A DNA stretch of 64,000 nucleotides from Pedobacter sp. (GCA_050253415.1 JBFWJC010000001.1:808679-872678), one strand, 5' to 3'; positions 20,744-31,766 are shown, counted from the stretch's first letter. Notes: generated from the letters alone by a model not told the origin. Numbers and translations are program-made.

Positions 20744-21010
20744 GGCCATTTTTCCTGCCAGAAAGTTCTTTTCGGATAAATGCATTGCCCCAAGTTAGTT
20801 ATAAATAAGAATGTTATCTGAATGGAGACTAGGATGGTTGTCTGGAAATGCGAAAAATGCGGATTTGAAAAAGAAGGCCGCTGTAACCCTAAGAAATGCC
20901 CCACCTGCGAGGCCGTCGGGACCTTTGCCAAAAAGGACTGATCTTTTCCTCCCCTGAATCCTCTCCAAACCATCGGGGCCGGCATGTCGCCGGCCCCGAT
21001 GGTTTATCTG
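20744..21010 (+). repeat. Direct repeat copy 2
   Basis: Matches 15042-15306. Confidence 0.92.
20834..20941 (+). CDS. 35-aa RCKP-type rubredoxin-like protein (copy 2, RCNP variant)
   Basis: MVVWKCEKCGFEKEGRCNPKKCPTCEAVGTFAKKD. Confidence 0.8.
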   Translation: MVVWKCEKCGFEKEGRCNPKKCPTCEAVGTFAKKD

Positions 21011-21233
21011 GTGTCTCTTCCTCAAACCCTCTGCATATTCCGGCAGGATTTTTGAAGCATGGTCATGTGGCAGAGTTGGTGGAATAAAAGACCCTTTTCA
21101 AATTTTACCGCCTGAAAAAAAGAAGCATCTTCTCGGATGACTTGTTACTCGAAATTCTTGCATTGCCCCTGGCAGGTTCAGGTCAGGTAAGGCATGGACC
21201 CATGAGGGTTATGCGAGCAAACCGGATGCTTTT

Positions 21234-21518
21234 TTACATATCCCAATCGGTAAGGCACATGGAAATACCTTGTTCGCGGGCTCTATGGGAGTGGGCCAAT
21301 CCGAGGGCACCATGAGAGTCGTCCTGGGAGTCAATCACGGTGGGAATTTGCTTGAGGGAATGAACCTCCCATTGGTGTTTTTCCGAAAAATTGATCGCTT
21401 TTCTGGTTGCCGTTACGGCGTCTTTGGCGTCCACCCAAAACTGGGCCAAGGCTTTTTTGACTTTTTGACAATTGGATTGTTTCCAATGGGGCGTGACACA
21501 CATGCTGACGTAATACAT
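21234..21518 (-). CDS. Hypothetical protein
   Basis: GAGG RBS before MYYVSMCV; 94-aa ORF. Confidence 0.55.
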   Translation of the reverse strand: MYYVSMCVTPHWKQSNCQKVKKALAQFWVDAKDAVTATRKAINFSEKHQWEVHSLKQIPTVIDSQDDSHGALGLAHSHRAREQGISMCLTDWDM

Positions 21519-21862
21519 CTTCACCTCGAACTGTCAAAATTGTAAAAATTTATTTTCTCCCCTGAAGTTTTTACCAAAGATTTGAAATGTTTCAACCGGC
21601 AGGTTGAAGATTTAGCACTACAACATCGCCAGCTATCGACTGGTCTTTGCGGTTATCCCGGAGTGATTTTTTTCGGGGAGGGGGCTGGAAAGGTCAATGT
21701 GACCCACTCGCACGCTCTATCCCTTTTCCCGGGAATAATCTATGCGCAAATAGAAATGGAGAGATCGTTGCTGTATACTGTAGAAGTGGCTGTTTTTGAA
21801 AAGGAATCTAATTTGTATCCAAGTTGCCGGGAATTCGGGTAAGAACCGAAGGAGGCTTGAAA

Positions 21863-22414
21863 ATGAGAATAGATAGAACATTTTTACTGGTTTTAATAAT
21901 GAGTCTTACGCTTTTTGCTCTCCCCTCTTTTACGTTCGCAGCGGACATTGGCTCCAGAGAGTCGAAAATCGCTCGGGCAATGGAGGCTGCCCCTGATTCA
22001 GTTACCCAAAACGCAACATTCGTCGATGTGGACGGCACAGTGTTGAGGGAAGGGACGAACGGTTGGCAGTGTCTACCGGCATCAGCAGTAGGGACGTATC
22101 CCATGTGCATTGACGATGTCTGGATGAGTCTTATGACAGCTGTCGGGAACAAGGCCGAGTTCAAGACCGATAAGGTGGGAATCGCATACATGCTTGCCGG
22201 TGATGACAATATCAATAACAACGACCCCTATGATACCAAACCCGACCCGGGTGAAGTGTGGGTTCAAGAAGGCCCCCACTTAATGATCATTGTGCCGGAC
22301 CTGGGAGCGCTGAAGGGGTTATCGGATGATCCCGACAACGGTGGCCCTTACGTCATGTGGAAAGGGACCCCCTACGCGCATATAATGATTCCCGTAGGTC
22401 CGCGTGAGAATTAA
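21863..22414 (+). CDS. Exported conserved hypothetical protein
   Basis: Signal peptide; AMEAAP, NGWQC, PMC, GIAYMLAGD, GPHLM, GTPYAHIMIP; AGGAGG RBS. Confidence 0.85.
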   Translation: MRIDRTFLLVLIMSLTLFALPSFTFAADIGSRESKIARAMEAAPDSVTQNATFVDVDGTVLREGTNGWQCLPASAVGTYPMCIDDVWMSLMTAVGNKAEFKTDKVGIAYMLAGDDNINNNDPYDTKPDPGEVWVQEGPHLMIIVPDLGALKGLSDDPDNGGPYVMWKGTPYAHIMIPVGPREN

Positions 22415-22493
22415 ATTTGACGTGGGGCGGAAAATGCTCCAGCAAGCCTCATGGGAAATAGTAGCTAGCGTTCTATTAACCATCACGTTTTAA

Positions 22494-22535
22494 ATATTAA
22501 AAGCCCGCCTGGTTTGCCAGGCGGGCTTTTAATAT
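22494..22535. terminator. Bidirectional-type terminator
   Basis: Perfect inverted repeat ATATTAAAAGCCCGCCTGG-TTTG-CCAGGCGGGCTTTTAATAT. Confidence 0.85.
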
Positions 22536-23012
22536 ATGCCAGGGTTCGTAAGAATCTCGTTCTTATCCTAATATCACCACTAAAATAATGTAGAACAACA
22601 TCTTGGGAACTTCTGACTTCGTGGGATTACACATGTCAGGAGTGTCTAGGAAACCAGGCGCTAAGCAGTCTTTGCGTGCTACACGGTCAAATCCGGGAAA
22701 AACCTTTTTGGAAATGAGATGGGGCGGTTCTATACTGGAGACAGAGCCGGTTATTTTGCCTTTTGCGACTCAGGGCAGATGCTAGTGCGGATTATTAGTT
22801 TGGGACTATTGGACGTTGCAGTCTGTTTCAGGCGATTTCAAAGCCTTGAAAAAGGTTGTTTTTTTACGGGTCGACGTGTCCCGCGAGGAAAGCCAAGTTG
22901 CCAAGATTAAAAGAAATTCTCGGTTTTTCTGGCGACTTTCGTGTAATCTGTGGTGAGTGATTTCAGATGCTGAAGTCAAACTTTTTAAAATAGTAATCCA
23001 GGAGTCTGCTTC

Positions 23013-23846
23013 ATGCATAAAATCATCGTTCATCCGGGTAATGCACATAGAGACGACTTTATGGCTGTGAGCATTTTGCTTGCAACCCTCGATAAAGCCG
23101 AAGTTTTTCGCCGTGATCCCACCGGTGAGGATCTTGCCGATCCAGGCACCTATGTGGTCGATGTCGGCATGGAGCTCGATCCGCAAAGGCATAACTTCGA
23201 TCATCACCAGGATAAGACCCTTCCCTGTGCCTTTCACCTGGTCATGCAGCATCTCGGCTACCATGAAGACGCCGTGTCGATGTTCGGATGGTATCCCTTC
23301 ATGAGCATGATGGATGTCAGGGGGCCTCACAAGACCGCCGAGCATTTCGGTGTCGATGCCAGCGTCCTGCTTGCATCATCGTCACCGATCGACGGCTATA
23401 TCCTTTCCCGGTTTTCCAAACTCACGGTATTGCGGGAGCACGATCTCCTTTATGACTTCATGAAGGAAATGGGGCAGGATATGCTTGACCTGATCGGCCT
23501 CAAGAAACAGCGGCTCGAACGTTTGAAGCAGGAAGCCATCGTTGTCCCGGTAAAACATGTCAAGGCTGTCGTGTGCCATATCGAGGATAACCCCAAGCTG
23601 TCCATGGAGCTCTATCTGCGCGATCTCCAGGATGACAGGATCGTGATATGCATCACCCATTCGGTGCGCGGTGAGGGCTGGGAGCTTTTGCGTCTTGGCG
23701 ATAGCAGCCTCGTGGACTTCCGGGCCATCAAGGATCATCCGGAGATTCGTTTTGTTCATTCCAACGGCTTTGTCGCGACAACGCGTACCCTGATTCCATT
23801 GGAAGAGGCCATCGCGTTTGCGGCCCGCTCCCTGACCGGGATCTAA
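23013..23846 (+). CDS. MYG1-family metal-dependent hydrolase
   Basis: [32 protein letters not shown]. Confidence 0.8.
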   Translation: MHKIIVHPGNAHRDDFMAVSILLATLDKAEVFRRDPTGEDLADPGTYVVDVGMELDPQRHNFDHHQDKTLPCAFHLVMQHLGYHEDAVSMFGWYPFMSMMDVRGPHKTAEHFGVDASVLLASSSPIDGYILSRFSKLTVLREHDLLYDFMKEMGQDMLDLIGLKKQRLERLKQEAIVVPVKHVKAVVCHIEDNPKLSMELYLRDLQDDRIVICITHSVRGEGWELLRLGDSSLVDFRAIKDHPEIRFVHSNGFVATTRTLIPLEEAIAFAARSLTGI

Positions 23847-23904
23847 GAGCTCGCGCAAAGCCAGTCGGGCACGTCGTGCATCAGGTCTCCGGGGGGAGGC
23901 AGGT

Positions 23905-25446
23905 ATGAAAAGCAATCGAAACGAGACATCCATGCCCACTGAGGACATCCTGCTGTTGGTGGCCATCCTCCCGGCGGAACTGCAGGCGACCCTCTTTCGG
24001 CTGGAGTTGGAAAAACTTCTTGAAGTGGTGATGGATTTGGGGCGTCCACCCGAGGCGCGTTTTCCGGATGGGGTGGTGCGGCTTTCCGACAAGCCGGTCC
24101 ATCAGGACGATCTGGCCCATGTGATAGCCCAGGTAGGGGATTTCGGTGGAGATAACCGCGCCGGCATCGAACGAACCTTGCACCGTATCTCGGCCATCCG
24201 CAATCGCAAGGGGCAAATTATCGGTCTGACCTTGCGTATCGGGCGGGCGGTCATCGGTGGCATCGAACTGATGCGGGACCTGATCGAAACCGGTCAGAGT
24301 CTGCTGATTCTGGGGCGGCCGGGGGTCGGTAAAACCACCAAACTGCGGGAAATGGCCCGGGTTCTGGCAGACGATCTGCACAAGCGCGTCATCATCGTCG
24401 ATACCTCCAACGAAATCGCCGGCGATGGCGATATCCCCCATCCGGGGATCGGCAACGCCCGGCGGATGCAGGTCTCCCAGGTCGAGCGCCAGCATGCGGT
24501 GATGATCGAGGCGGTAGAGAATCACATGCCCGAGGTCATTATCGTCGATGAAATCGGCACCGAAGCCGAGGCGGTGGCCGCCCGCACCATCGCCGAGCGG
24601 GGAGTACAGCTCATCGGCACCGCCCATGGCAATACGCTGGAAAACCTGGTTAAAAACCCCACCCTGTCTGATCTGGTCGGGGGGGTGCAAGTGGTGACGC
24701 TGAGCGACGACGAGGCTCGCCGGCGGCGAACCACCAAGACCGTCAGCGAGCGTCGCGCGGCGCCTACCTTCGATATCGTGGTGGAAATGGTGGACCGGGA
24801 TGAGCTTATCGTTCACCCCGATACCGCTTCGGCCGTCGATATGCTGCTGCGTGGCAGGGCGCCGCGCGGTGAGCATCGCGAACAGGCCGCCAACGGTCAG
24901 ATCCATGTGCAAGTGCCCGAGGAAGAGCCGTTGCGAATACCGGTTCCCAGTTATCCCACGGCAGAACCGGCACCCCGAGGTCCGGTTCGTATCTATCCCT
25001 ACGCACTCTCCCGGGATCTTTTGGAACGGGTGATTCGCGGCCTGGGTCTTAATGCCCGCAGCGTCAGTCGGGCGGAGCAGGCCGACCTGGTCATTGCCCT
25101 GCGCAGTCGCAGCGATGAGCCGCGCTTGCGCAAGGAGATGGAGGACAGCGATGCCATCATTCATTTCATCAAGCGCAATACCGCCAACGAAATCCGGCGT
25201 CTGCTGCAGCGCACCTTTCATGTCATGGAAGGAAGTGAGGCGGACGAGGTACAGGAAATGGTGATGGAAACGCAGGCAGCTATCCGTCTTGTGCTGGAAG
25301 AGGGGGAGGAAGTGGCCCTGTCTCCGCGCCGCCCGGCCCTGCGCAAAATGCAGCACCGCATGATAGCAGGTCATGGCCTTTTGGCGGAGAGCACGGGCCG
25401 AGAGCCGCAGCGCCACCTGGTTATTCGTCCCGCCTCGCACCCGTAA
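23905..25446 (+). CDS. Ycf45/SpoIIIAA-like AAA ATPase with C-terminal R3H domain
   Basis: [56 protein letters not shown]; start could be 23932. Confidence 0.9.
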   Translation: MKSNRNETSMPTEDILLLVAILPAELQATLFRLELEKLLEVVMDLGRPPEARFPDGVVRLSDKPVHQDDLAHVIAQVGDFGGDNRAGIERTLHRISAIRNRKGQIIGLTLRIGRAVIGGIELMRDLIETGQSLLILGRPGVGKTTKLREMARVLADDLHKRVIIVDTSNEIAGDGDIPHPGIGNARRMQVSQVERQHAVMIEAVENHMPEVIIVDEIGTEAEAVAARTIAERGVQLIGTAHGNTLENLVKNPTLSDLVGGVQVVTLSDDEARRRRTTKTVSERRAAPTFDIVVEMVDRDELIVHPDTASAVDMLLRGRAPRGEHREQAANGQIHVQVPEEEPLRIPVPSYPTAEPAPRGPVRIYPYALSRDLLERVIRGLGLNARSVSRAEQADLVIALRSRSDEPRLRKEMEDSDAIIHFIKRNTANEIRRLLQRTFHVMEGSEADEVQEMVMETQAAIRLVLEEGEEVALSPRRPALRKMQHRMIAGHGLLAESTGREPQRHLVIRPASHP

Positions 25447-25498
25447 TATTGGAGGTGGACATGGCTTGTGAAGAGATATCCGAGAGGGGGCAACCTGG

Positions 25499-26869
25499 AT
25501 GATCGATGCCGTAGTGACGTATTTGCAGGATCACCACGCACGCTTTGTGGAGGAGCTGGCAAGCTGGTTGCGGATCCCGAGCATCAGCACCTACCCCGAG
25601 CAGGCGACAGAAGTGCGGCGGGCCGCAACCTGGGCTCACGAAAAACTTGTCGCTATCGGCTTTCCGGTGGTTGAGACCATTACCACCGCCGGTCATCCGC
25701 TGGTGTATGCCGAATGGCTGGCTCACCCCGACCAACCGACCCTGTTGGCGTACGGGCACTACGATGTGCAACCGGCCGAGCCGCTGGACGAGTGGCTCAG
25801 CCCGCCCTTTGAACCGGCCATCCGCAATGGCAATATGTATGCCCGTGGCGCCGTGGATGACAAGGGGCAGGTCATGCTGGTGCTGGCGGCCCTGGAGGCC
25901 TGGGTCAAGACCACCGGAGGTTTGCCGATCAACGTAAAAGTCCTTCTGGAAGGGGAGGAGGAGGTTGGCGGCGAAGCCATCGACACCTATGTGCAGACCC
26001 ATTCCGCCAGGCTCAAGGCTGATGCCGCGCTGATCTGCGACACCCACATGATCAGTGAGCGGCAACCTTCGCTGGTCACCGGCCTGCGCGGGGTGCTGTA
26101 TACCGAAGTCGCCATGCATGGCGCCCGTAGCGATCTGCATTCCGGAAGTTTCGGCGGTGTGGCACCCAACCCTGTTCACGCCCTGTGCGTGTTGATCAGT
26201 CGCTTGAAAGACGCCGATGGCGTGATCCATATCCCCGAGCTTAACGCGGCCTTGCAAGCTCCACCGAGCGTGGAAAAACAATTCTGGGATGACGATCCGC
26301 TGGACCTGACGGGACTTCTGCTCCGGGAGATGGGTGTGGATGAACTGGTGGGTGAGTCGGCCTATCCCCCGCTGGAGCGCCTTTGGGCGCGGCCGACCCT
26401 GGAGGTCCATGGGATACGCGGCGGATTTACCGGCGAGGGTGCCAAGACCGTCATCCCGGCTTCTGCTCTGGCCAAGATCAGTCTGCGGCTGCCGGCAGGG
26501 TTGCAACCGGAGGAGGTGTTTGCGTGGTTTGAAAAAGCGGTGCGTGCATACACCCCGGCGGGTTACCGTGTCACCGTCACTATGCTGAGTGCCGGTGAAG
26601 GCCTGCTGGTGTCGCCGGATAACCTTTTTATCCGGGCTGCTGCTTCGGCACTTGAATCCGCCTACGGGGTGCCACCCGTATTCACGCGGGAGGGAGGTTC
26701 CATCCCCGTTGCTGCCCTGTTTGACCAGATCCTGCAGCTGCCCGTAGTGCTGATGGGCTTTGGCCTGCCGGATGACGGTCTCCATGCGCCGAATGAAAAA
26801 TTCAGTCTCGCCCAGTTCACCAAGGGGATGGCCACGGTAGCCGACTTTTTAGGGAGGCTGCAGCGTTAG
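25499..26869 (+). CDS. M20-family dipeptidase
   Basis: YGHYDVQP, ARGAVDDKGQ, EGEEE, DLHSG, GGSIP, HAPNE. Confidence 0.93.
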   Translation: MIDAVVTYLQDHHARFVEELASWLRIPSISTYPEQATEVRRAATWAHEKLVAIGFPVVETITTAGHPLVYAEWLAHPDQPTLLAYGHYDVQPAEPLDEWLSPPFEPAIRNGNMYARGAVDDKGQVMLVLAALEAWVKTTGGLPINVKVLLEGEEEVGGEAIDTYVQTHSARLKADAALICDTHMISERQPSLVTGLRGVLYTEVAMHGARSDLHSGSFGGVAPNPVHALCVLISRLKDADGVIHIPELNAALQAPPSVEKQFWDDDPLDLTGLLLREMGVDELVGESAYPPLERLWARPTLEVHGIRGGFTGEGAKTVIPASALAKISLRLPAGLQPEEVFAWFEKAVRAYTPAGYRVTVTMLSAGEGLLVSPDNLFIRAAASALESAYGVPPVFTREGGSIPVAALFDQILQLPVVLMGFGLPDDGLHAPNEKFSLAQFTKGMATVADFLGRLQR

Positions 26870-26905
26870 TGCCATGCTGTTAACTCATCCAGGAGATGTG
26901 GTGCC

Positions 26906-27667
26906 ATGCCTTCGTGTGTGTTTATTGACCTGAGTGGTACGCTGCATGTTGGTCGCCAGCCTTTGCCGGGCGCCATCGAGGCTGTCGCTCGCCTGCGCCG
27001 GGAGGGTTTCCGGGTGCGTTTTGTCAGCAATACGTCGAGCAAGGGGCGGCGCCGTTTGCTGGCGGTGTTGCAGGAGATCGGTTTTGATATCGCCTATGAC
27101 GAATTGTTTACCGCGCCGCTGGTGGTGCACCGCTATCTGCAGCGGCACAAACTAAAGCCCTATCTGCTGGTGCATCCGGATCTGATGGAAGAGTTTGCCG
27201 ACCTGCCGCAACAGGACCCCGATGCGGTGGTGGTCGGTTGCGCTCTGGATCACTTCACCTACGCCAATCTGAACCGGGCTTTCCAGTTACTCAAACGGGG
27301 AGCTCGTCTCATTGCCACGGGGCGTACCGCCTGTTTTGAAGGGCGTGACGGACTGCAGCTCGATGCCGGCCCGTTTGTTGCGGCCCTGGAATATGCGGCA
27401 GGAACCGAGGCCTTGGTATTGGGCAAGCCGTCGCCCGGATTTTTCGAAGCGGCCGGGGAGGAGTTCAGCTGCCCCGGAGACCGGATCACCATGATCGGCG
27501 ACGATGCAGCCTCCGATGTTGGAGGCGCCATGGAGGCCGGTATGCGCGGCATTCTGGTGCAGACAGGCAAATACCGCGCGGGGGACGAAGCCAAAATCGG
27601 GCGGCCTGGCGCCATCGTCGTGCCGGATATGGCCGCCGCAGTGGACAGGATTTTGTCGGGGGATTGA
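26906..27667 (+). CDS. HAD-IIA hydrolase (TIGR01458, LHPP/HDHD2-like)
   Basis: DLSGTL, SNTS, GKPS, MIGDDAASDVGGA, VQTGKY. Confidence 0.9.
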   Translation: MPSCVFIDLSGTLHVGRQPLPGAIEAVARLRREGFRVRFVSNTSSKGRRRLLAVLQEIGFDIAYDELFTAPLVVHRYLQRHKLKPYLLVHPDLMEEFADLPQQDPDAVVVGCALDHFTYANLNRAFQLLKRGARLIATGRTACFEGRDGLQLDAGPFVAALEYAAGTEALVLGKPSPGFFEAAGEEFSCPGDRITMIGDDAASDVGGAMEAGMRGILVQTGKYRAGDEAKIGRPGAIVVPDMAAAVDRILSGD

Positions 27668-27715
27668 GAACGACTCTATTGGGCTCTATTGGGTACCAAG
27701 TAGATTCGGATTTTT

Positions 27716-27832
27716 TACCACGAAGGTCACGAAGAGCACGAAGAAAAGCTCAAATAAACCAGGCTCTATGTTTTTTAGTCGCCAAATCATGGCCTTTGAT
27801 CTTCCTTCGTGTCCTTCGTTCTCTTCGTGGTA
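27716..27832. repeat. Inverted repeat built from 9-nt units (CACGAAGNN)
   Basis: TACCACGAAGGTCACGAAGAGCACGAAG ... CTTCGTGTCCTTCGTTCTCTTCGTGGTA. Confidence 0.75.
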
Positions 27833-27917
27833 GAATGCGTATCCCCCGTTTTTGCCAAACAATGGAGCAAAGTGCATAATCACAATGCTCTTTTTTTAAA
27901 AGGAATTGGAGTATCGC

Positions 27918-29111
27918 ATGAGCCAGGCCGTACCATTATCCGAACTGCAAAACCGCATGACACGCTTTCGTGCCCGCATGGATGCCGCCTGCCCGCAATG
28001 GGAGTTGGTGTCCCTGTTCGGAAGGATCAACCAATATTATTTCACCGGCACCATGCAGGACGGTGTTCTGCTGATTCCCCGCGATGCCGAAGCGGTTTAC
28101 TGGGTACGGCGCAGTTTTGAGCGGGCCAAGGATGAATCGCTGTTCCCGCGCATCGAACCGATGAACAGTTTTCGCGATGCTGCGCAAGCCATGGGGCGTA
28201 TCCCCACCCAGCTTTACCTGGAGACCGAGCTTGTACCTCTGGCCCTGTTGCAGCGTTTCCAGAAGTATTTCCCCGTGTCCGAATGCAAGTCGGTCGATCT
28301 GCAGATCGCTGCAGTGCGGGCCGTCAAAAGCCCGTTTGAGCTGGAGGTTATGCGACGTTCCGGTGAGGTGCATCGCCGGATTCTTGAGGAGCGCTTGCCG
28401 GGCATGTTGCGCGAAGGGATGAACGAAGCGCAACTGGCTGCCGAGCTGTATCCGGTGATGGTCGAGGAAGGCCATCAGGGGGTGGCCCGGTTCGGCATGT
28501 TCCAGACGGAAATCGCCCTGGGGCATATCTGCTTTGGCCCGAGTTCCATCTATCCGACCTCGTTTGACGGCCCCGGCGGTAATTTCGGGATGGGGCCAGC
28601 CGCGCCGGTGCTGGGCAGCCGCGAACATACCCTTAAAAAGGGCGATCTGGTGTTTGTCGATATCGGTTGCGGGGTCGAAGGCTACCATACCGACAAGACC
28701 ATGACTTATATGTTCGGTGTACCCTTACCCAAAGAGATTGTCGCAGCGCATGAACAGTGCGTGGGCATTCAGAATCAGGTGGCCGAGCAGTTGCGGCCCG
28801 GCGCTGTTCCTTCGGAGATTTATCAGACCACCATGGCCACCCTTAACTCCGATTTCCTGCGTAATTTCATGGGTTTCGGCACACGTCAGGCGCGGTTTCT
28901 CGGCCATGGTATCGGCCTGCTCATCGATGAGTTGCCGGTGATCGCCAAGGGGTTCGACGAACCGCTGCAGGAAAACATGGTGTTTGCCCTGGAGCCGAAA
29001 AAAGGCATCGAACATGTCGGCATGGTCGGCATCGAGAATACCTTTATCGTGACCCCCGATGGTGGTTGCTGCATCACAGGGGATCATCCGGGCCTCATGC
29101 CGGTATATTGA
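27918..29111 (+). CDS. M24-family Xaa-Pro peptidase
   Basis: RAVKS, VDIG, YHTDKT, GHGIG, ALEPK, IENT. Confidence 0.92.
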   Translation: MSQAVPLSELQNRMTRFRARMDAACPQWELVSLFGRINQYYFTGTMQDGVLLIPRDAEAVYWVRRSFERAKDESLFPRIEPMNSFRDAAQAMGRIPTQLYLETELVPLALLQRFQKYFPVSECKSVDLQIAAVRAVKSPFELEVMRRSGEVHRRILEERLPGMLREGMNEAQLAAELYPVMVEEGHQGVARFGMFQTEIALGHICFGPSSIYPTSFDGPGGNFGMGPAAPVLGSREHTLKKGDLVFVDIGCGVEGYHTDKTMTYMFGVPLPKEIVAAHEQCVGIQNQVAEQLRPGAVPSEIYQTTMATLNSDFLRNFMGFGTRQARFLGHGIGLLIDELPVIAKGFDEPLQENMVFALEPKKGIEHVGMVGIENTFIVTPDGGCCITGDHPGLMPVY

Positions 29112-29142
29112 AAAAATATCTTTACCAGGAGTACGGAAACAG

Positions 29143-29781
29143 GTGTCAGGATTGCTGAATCATAACGGGATTGTCGTGCTGGACTTCGAGACCAGTGGCA
29201 TGTCGCCCTTGCAGGGCGACCGGGCCATCGAGATCGGCGCGGTGCGGATTGTCGAAGGGAAAATAGTCGACCGGTTTCAGAGTCTGATGAATCCGGGGTG
29301 CCGCATCAGTGGCTTTATCGAGGCCTATACCGGTATCAGCAATGCCATGGTGCAGGCCGCGCCGCCCGCGGCTGAGGTGATGGCCGCGTTTGATGACTTC
29401 ACCGGTGACGATCCGCTGGTTGCTCACAACGCCTCCTTTGATCGCCGGTTTCTCGATGCCGAATTGCAACGTATCGACCGGTGCCGCCGCCAGGACTTTG
29501 CCTGTTCCCTGCTGGTGGCACGCCGTGTCTATCCCGAGGCGCCCAATCATAAACTGGCTACCCTGGTGGCCTATAAGGACTTGCCTACCGACGGCTGTTT
29601 TCACCGCGCACTGGCCGATGCCGAGATGACCGCGCATCTGTGGCTGCGCATGGTGAAGGATCTGCGGGATATCTATGGTTTTACGGAGGTTCCTTTTGCT
29701 TTGATGGGGGCTTTGGCGAGGCAGAAAAAACATCGCGTGGATGGGTATTTGCGGGATCAGGCTATGCTGAGAGGAGTGTAG
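29143..29781 (+). CDS. DEDDh 3'-5' exonuclease (DNA polymerase III epsilon-like)
   Basis: LDFETSG, AHNASFD, HRALADA; GTG start after AGGAG. Confidence 0.9.
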   Translation: MSGLLNHNGIVVLDFETSGMSPLQGDRAIEIGAVRIVEGKIVDRFQSLMNPGCRISGFIEAYTGISNAMVQAAPPAAEVMAAFDDFTGDDPLVAHNASFDRRFLDAELQRIDRCRRQDFACSLLVARRVYPEAPNHKLATLVAYKDLPTDGCFHRALADAEMTAHLWLRMVKDLRDIYGFTEVPFALMGALARQKKHRVDGYLRDQAMLRGV

Positions 29782-29811
29782 ATTTCCATTTCCAGCTATC
29801 AGTATTAAATC

Positions 29812-29918
29812 CAAGACCGCGGGGTTGCGCCCCCGCTAGGCGTGCGGAGAAGATTCGCTGCGCTCGGTCCTCCGCCTGTTTCGCCCGTCGATTGCTCCGC
29901 TCCGGCAGCGTCACAGGG
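29812..29918 (+). repeat. Internally deleted copy of the 49346 repeat module
   Basis: CAAGACCGCGGGG...GGAGAAGATTCGCTGCGCTC.GTCCTCCGCCTGTTTCGCCCG...GCGTCACAGGG, shared with 49346 and 49860. Confidence 0.85.
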
Positions 29919-29960
29919 ACCCCCACCACACCTTAAACCTTCAACTTCTCAACTCCCTAC

Positions 29961-30065
29961 TTGCAGCTTGCAGCTTGCAGCTTGCAGCTTGCAGCTTGCA
30001 GCTTGCAGCTTACAGCTTACAGCTTACAGCTTACAGCTTACAGCTTACAGCTTACAGCTTACAGC
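29961..30065. repeat. Heptamer tandem repeat (TTGCAGC)7(TTACAGC)8
   Basis: Counted directly from the sequence. Confidence 0.97.
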
Positions 30066-30799
30066 TTCGGTTTTTCCGCCAACCTTTCATTAAATCGCTG
30101 ATTAATTCGTTGGCGGTAGCCTTCCGCATAATCGGTATTCGGCATCAGCGGTTGTTCCAAGCGTGCGATAGTATTTTTTGACAGTCCGAGGTTGCGCACC
30201 ATTTCGCTTCCTGCCTCGTGCAACAGCACCTTGTACTGCTCGACAAAGGGAAGCAGGTTCGGATTCGAGGTCGACAGCAGGGGGCCTCCCCCACGGTAGA
30301 TCTCCGCCAGCAGTCGACAGCTCATATTGCGGGCCACGCGGCGGAACAGCACCCGTAACACTTCGAAGTGGCTCTGCTCGGGAAACCCGCAGTTGGAGAT
30401 GGCCAGCAGATATTTCGGCTTGTCGTGAATGCGTATATGGCGCGTTTCGCCGTGTTCGTCCGGTTCCATGTGCGGATCGACCAGAGGGATAAGCCGGTCC
30501 ATGAAGTTTTTCATGATGCCGCTGACGTTGTCGACGTACAGGGGGGTCGCCAGGCCAACCACATCTGACGCGGTTATTCTGGGCAGCAGTTTGTCCATGG
30601 CGTCGCGATGGATGCACTGTCCCGGCGTCTTGAACCAGCAGGCCAGGCAACCGATGCACGGGTTGATTTCCTTGCCCGACAAAAAGATATTTTCCACTTC
30701 GGCACCGGCTTCTTCCGCGCCGGCGGTAAAGGCTTCGACCATGATATGGGTGTTGCCTAGCTCCTTATGCGGACTGCCGTTAAAGATGGTGATACGCAT
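30059..30799 (-). CDS. Flavodoxin-family / iron-sulfur flavoprotein (NADPH-dependent FMN reductase-like)
   Basis: NGSPH..GNT, PCIGCLACW..PGQC, ATPLY, MKNFMDR, SNCGFPE. Confidence 0.9.
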   Translation of the reverse strand: MRITIFNGSPHKELGNTHIMVEAFTAGAEEAGAEVENIFLSGKEINPCIGCLACWFKTPGQCIHRDAMDKLLPRITASDVVGLATPLYVDNVSGIMKNFMDRLIPLVDPHMEPDEHGETRHIRIHDKPKYLLAISNCGFPEQSHFEVLRVLFRRVARNMSCRLLAEIYRGGGPLLSTSNPNLLPFVEQYKVLLHEAGSEMVRNLGLSKNTIARLEQPLMPNTDYAEGYRQRINQRFNERLAEKPKL

Positions 30800-30981
30800 G
30801 GCGCCTCCTTTTCCTTTATGGTGTGGTGCATGAAGGGATTGTTGTGAAGTCGGGATGCCGGTTCGACAGGGACTTTTACCCATATTATCCTTTCAGGCGG
30901 GGTGCGCAAGGCACGACGTTATAACTTTATACCGGTTCCGCATAAGGCCCGGTTTGTCCAGCAAGCTCGAAAAGCATTGGG

Positions 30982-31083
30982 TTAACCGCACAGAGCGATG
31001 AGCTCGCCAAGATGTTCCAGAAAAGTGCATCTCGCTTTATCCTCTCGCGTTTTCCCTGCGCACTTTGCGTGCTCTGCGGTTAA
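30982..31083. repeat. REP-like inverted repeat
   Basis: TTAACCGCACAGAGC ... GCTCTGCGGTTAA; same family as 12122-12354. Confidence 0.65.
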
Positions 31084-31478
31084 TGACCGATTCTATTTGG
31101 TTTTAAGTCGTTCCAAATAAAAAAGCCCCTTCCGTGTTGTGCAAGGGGTTCACTTAACGTGTTGGCCGATATGTAAAAATAGAGTCTTCCTTGATCTCAG
31201 GGGAGGCTCTTTACTGTGCGTTGGTCACTGATTCTAAATTTTATGGTTTGCTTAGCTTTGTTGCGGCCGGGAGTGCATCCGCCTCTCTGGTGGCTGATAA
31301 ATCCTAGATAATCCGATAATCAATTTAAGACAACACATCTGACGTCCCAACCTAGGAGAAGCAGGTTGGGGCGTAAGATGTTTTAGTAATCGTGGTTTTT
31401 AAGACTGTAGTTTAAACCTGCCTCCAGAGGTGGAGCCTACACACCCTCCTTGAGAGTTAACTGTGATCCTATTTGTAT

Positions 31479-31766
31479 TTATTTGAATCTTGATGTGGCG
31501 GACTTTAATGCATTTCTTAGAGAATCCCACGCGCTATCAACGCCTTCTTTAAGGTCCTTCCATGCATTGTCACCTGCATTCTTTAACTCAGCAAGTTTAT
31601 TGGCTGCAGATTCCCTCATAGCCCGTAGCTTTTCAATCTCTTTATAATATTCAATTTTTGCATCAGCTTCTGCTCGGTCGGCTTTTGCTTTAAGCTTGTC
31701 GATTTCCGCACTCCACTCATTTAATTGTGCATTCATTTTCTGTTGGTAGGCTTCTTTCTTGCTCAT
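31479..31766 (-). CDS. Coiled-coil stress protein (Sll1863-like)
   Basis: KEAYQQKM.AQL.EWSAEIDKLKAKA, AWKDLKEG. Confidence 0.85.
   Translation of the reverse strand: MSKKEAYQQKMNAQLNEWSAEIDKLKAKADRAEADAKIEYYKEIEKLRAMRESAANKLAELKNAGDNAWKDLKEGVDSAWDSLRNALKSATSRFK

Noticed and set aside
22600..22720. Possible structured RNA in a long intergenic region
   Set aside because: Only a short imperfect stem and no recognisable family motif
29842..30181. LQLAACS/LQLTAYS repeat ORFs
   Set aside because: Translation artefacts of the heptamer repeat
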